Source: the human T2T-CHM13v2.0 reference genome, Homo sapiens
Strand: one strand, 5' to 3'
Assembly (NCBI RefSeq): GCF_009914755.1
Contig: NC_060939.1
Length of the DNA: 64,000 bases
Made by a program: the position numbers and the translations under genes. This document shows, piece by piece, positions 61,201 through 64,000 of this stretch (positions within the stretch are counted from its first letter, which is position 1; the number at the start of each line of letters is the position of its first letter). The notes below the pieces were generated by a model that worked only from the letters and a program-made list of their open reading frames with translations, searched no databases and was not told the origin of the DNA.

Positions 61201-61970
61201 GAGGATAAAAGGAAGACCCTAGAAGCCTCCAGAGAAGAGTAATGGGGCATGCACTAAGGTCCAGGAGTCAGAAAGGCACCAGACTTCTTTAGAAGACCGA
61301 AGACAGTGATGTAATGCCTCAAACTTCTGAGGGAAAGTGATTTCTTTTTTTAAACAAAATTATTTTTACATCATCAAAAAGCATCAAGTGAGGAACATAA
61401 CTTGTAACCTAAAATTCTATACCCAAGCAAAGTACAGATCAAATATGAAAACAAAATAAAGTGATGCTTTAAGAAATCTACACCTTCAAGTACTTATCTT
61501 CCACATCTCTTTTTAAAGAAGCTATTGGAAGATATGCTCCACCCAAATGGAGGAGGAAACTGAAAAAGAGGAACTCCAGTAGAAGAGAAAGGTGTAAGAT
61601 ATTCCCGGGAAGATGAGGATAGGATGTCTCCAGATGACAGCGGTGTATTGAGCCCAGAGAGGAGCCAACCTAGAGTGCAGAGGGGGGTCCTGAATATCTG
61701 TCAATAACAAAAGGGAATCATACCAAAAGGAGGTTCTATTAGTTTGAGATGAGTTAATACTAGGCACATAGAAAACTAAGTTAAAAAGAGAGACAATTAC
61801 TAGTGCCAAGAATGAGAAAATGTACAAAAGTAGTAGGTATGTTGCCCTTTTGTCATAATTTACATAATAATAACAATAGAAGCATTGAATATTGATTTAA
61901 TTCCCCCAAATCATGAGGTAACTATTTTGGAAGGGTCAGGAGAGATGTGTGTTATATCTTCTTCTTGTTC

Positions 61971-62522
<552 letters not shown>

Positions 62523-63200
62523 TAGGAAGAAGTCAGTACGTAATATTCCAAATAGGATGGCAAAGAAATATCAACATACGGGTACTGTTTAGAAATTAGA
62601 ACTAACTACAGGAAGAAAAAGCTAAATGGTTGGAAAATGCTTACCTTTGGGTAGCAGTTATGTGTGATGTGGAGCATTTGGCCAGGAGGCCACTGTTTTT
62701 TATTATAATCTTTGTGATATTTAATTTTTAGAAGAATTATTTAGGTATTATTTTTATAGAAAAATCAAATCAAATAAAATGCAGTGGGGGAGATGGGTGA
62801 ATGGTATTGAGGGCTTCAACTATATTAATAATGGTTTATTTCTTAGGTGATAGGTATACAGGTGTTTGGTATGTTATTTATATGCATCTCACGTATCCAA
62901 TATATAATTATTTTTAAACAGCAACAACAAAGCAGTGCTATTCAGAGAGGGTGACTGAAGGCCCAGGGTCATGGAATATAAAAGATGGGACAGAGCTTGA
63001 ATGCAGACGTTAGCCTGGGGAAAAGGAAGGAAGAATAGTTCTGACCATACCAATGGGAGAGGGGTTAGAAAAGGTGGCTAGAGAGATATTTTGAATTGTA
63101 GTTGGAAAAAGTTGAGAAATTACAAGTTGAGAAATTTCTCAACTTCTTGTTGGCGGAAAATAGAGTTGGAGTTCTGGCTGAAGATAGGGAAGTTATAGGA

Positions 63201-63674
63201 GTGTATTTTTCCCTAGGGCTGTTGTAACAAATATCACAACCTTGAGGGCTTAAAACAACAGAAATATATTCTCTCACAGTTCTGGAGGCCAGATCTAAAA
63301 TCAAGGTGTTGGCGAGGCCAGCCCCCCTCTGCAGGCTCTGCGGTGAATCCATTCCTTGTCTCTTCTAGCTTCTGGTGGCTGCTGGCATTCCATGGTGTTC
63401 TTTGGCTTACAGCAGCATCATTCCAACGCCTGCCTCCATCTTCACATAGCCCTTTCTGCATGTGGTGACGTATAATCTCCTTCTGCCTCTCTTTCATGGG
63501 GAGACTTGCAATAGCATTCAGGACCCACCCAGATAATCCAGGATTAGCTCCTCATTTCAAGGTGCTTAATTTAATAACATTGACAAAGTTCTTTCTTCCA
63601 AGTAAGGCAACATTCATAGATTCCAGGGATTTGATGTGGATATCTTTTGGTGGACCATTTTTCAGCTTGCCACA
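63201..63674 (-). mobile_element. MLT1C/D-like MaLR LTR
   Basis: AGGGCTGTTGTAACAAA...GGCTTAAAACAACAGAAA start; TTCAGCTTGCCACA end. Confidence 0.75.
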
Positions 63675-64000
63675 GAAAGTGATTGGATTTAAGGAAACAA
63701 ATTATTTTTTATTGCTTCCCAGGAGAAATTCAGTAAGAAGTCAATAAAAGCAGAAAAATGGTTGCTGAATATCAATGAGATAGATCTGAATCAACCAACA
63801 TGAATTTTTTTAATGTGATTTTTTTTTCAACAAGCTCAAATGTCTATTTTCTGTGATTTTGTATCAATTTTGTATCAAATGTCTTTTTATTTTCTGTGAT
63901 TGCTTTATCACTTTGATCAGCAAGAAAACAGAAACATTTTATTAACAAATTTGTAGATTTTAGGTGTGGCAGGTAAAAAGAGATATGGAGAAAAATGTGT

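Overview
Human (primate) genomic DNA that I recognise as the 15q26.1 MIR7-2 / AEN / ISG20 locus. The miR-7-2 hairpin is at 519-628, with MIR3529 as its antisense mirror. Two tandem + strand DEDDh 3'-5' exonuclease paralogs follow. AEN has a CpG-island promoter with a p53 response element, a non-coding exon 1 and three coding exons (325 aa). ISG20 has a TATA-less ISRE/NF-kB promoter, a non-coding exon 1 and three coding exons (181 aa). Both spliced ORFs reconstruct with GT-AG boundaries and intact catalytic residues. The rest is repeat-rich: about 40 Alus including a young AluYa5, MIR/L2, Tigger-family DNA transposons, MaLR and ERV1 solo LTRs (an LTR6 in AEN intron 1), and a dead near-full-length L1MA-type LINE at ~51.6-61.0 kb. 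I see no evidence of an unknown protein-coding system. The best leads are regulatory hypotheses: a stop-creating CAG/TAG tandem acceptor in AEN, a spliced uORF starting inside the p53 element, phase-compatible AEN-ISG20 chimeras and a transposon-derived upstream ISG20 donor. Repeat subfamily names come from recalled consensus sequences. Repeat boundaries are approximate unless TSDs are given.
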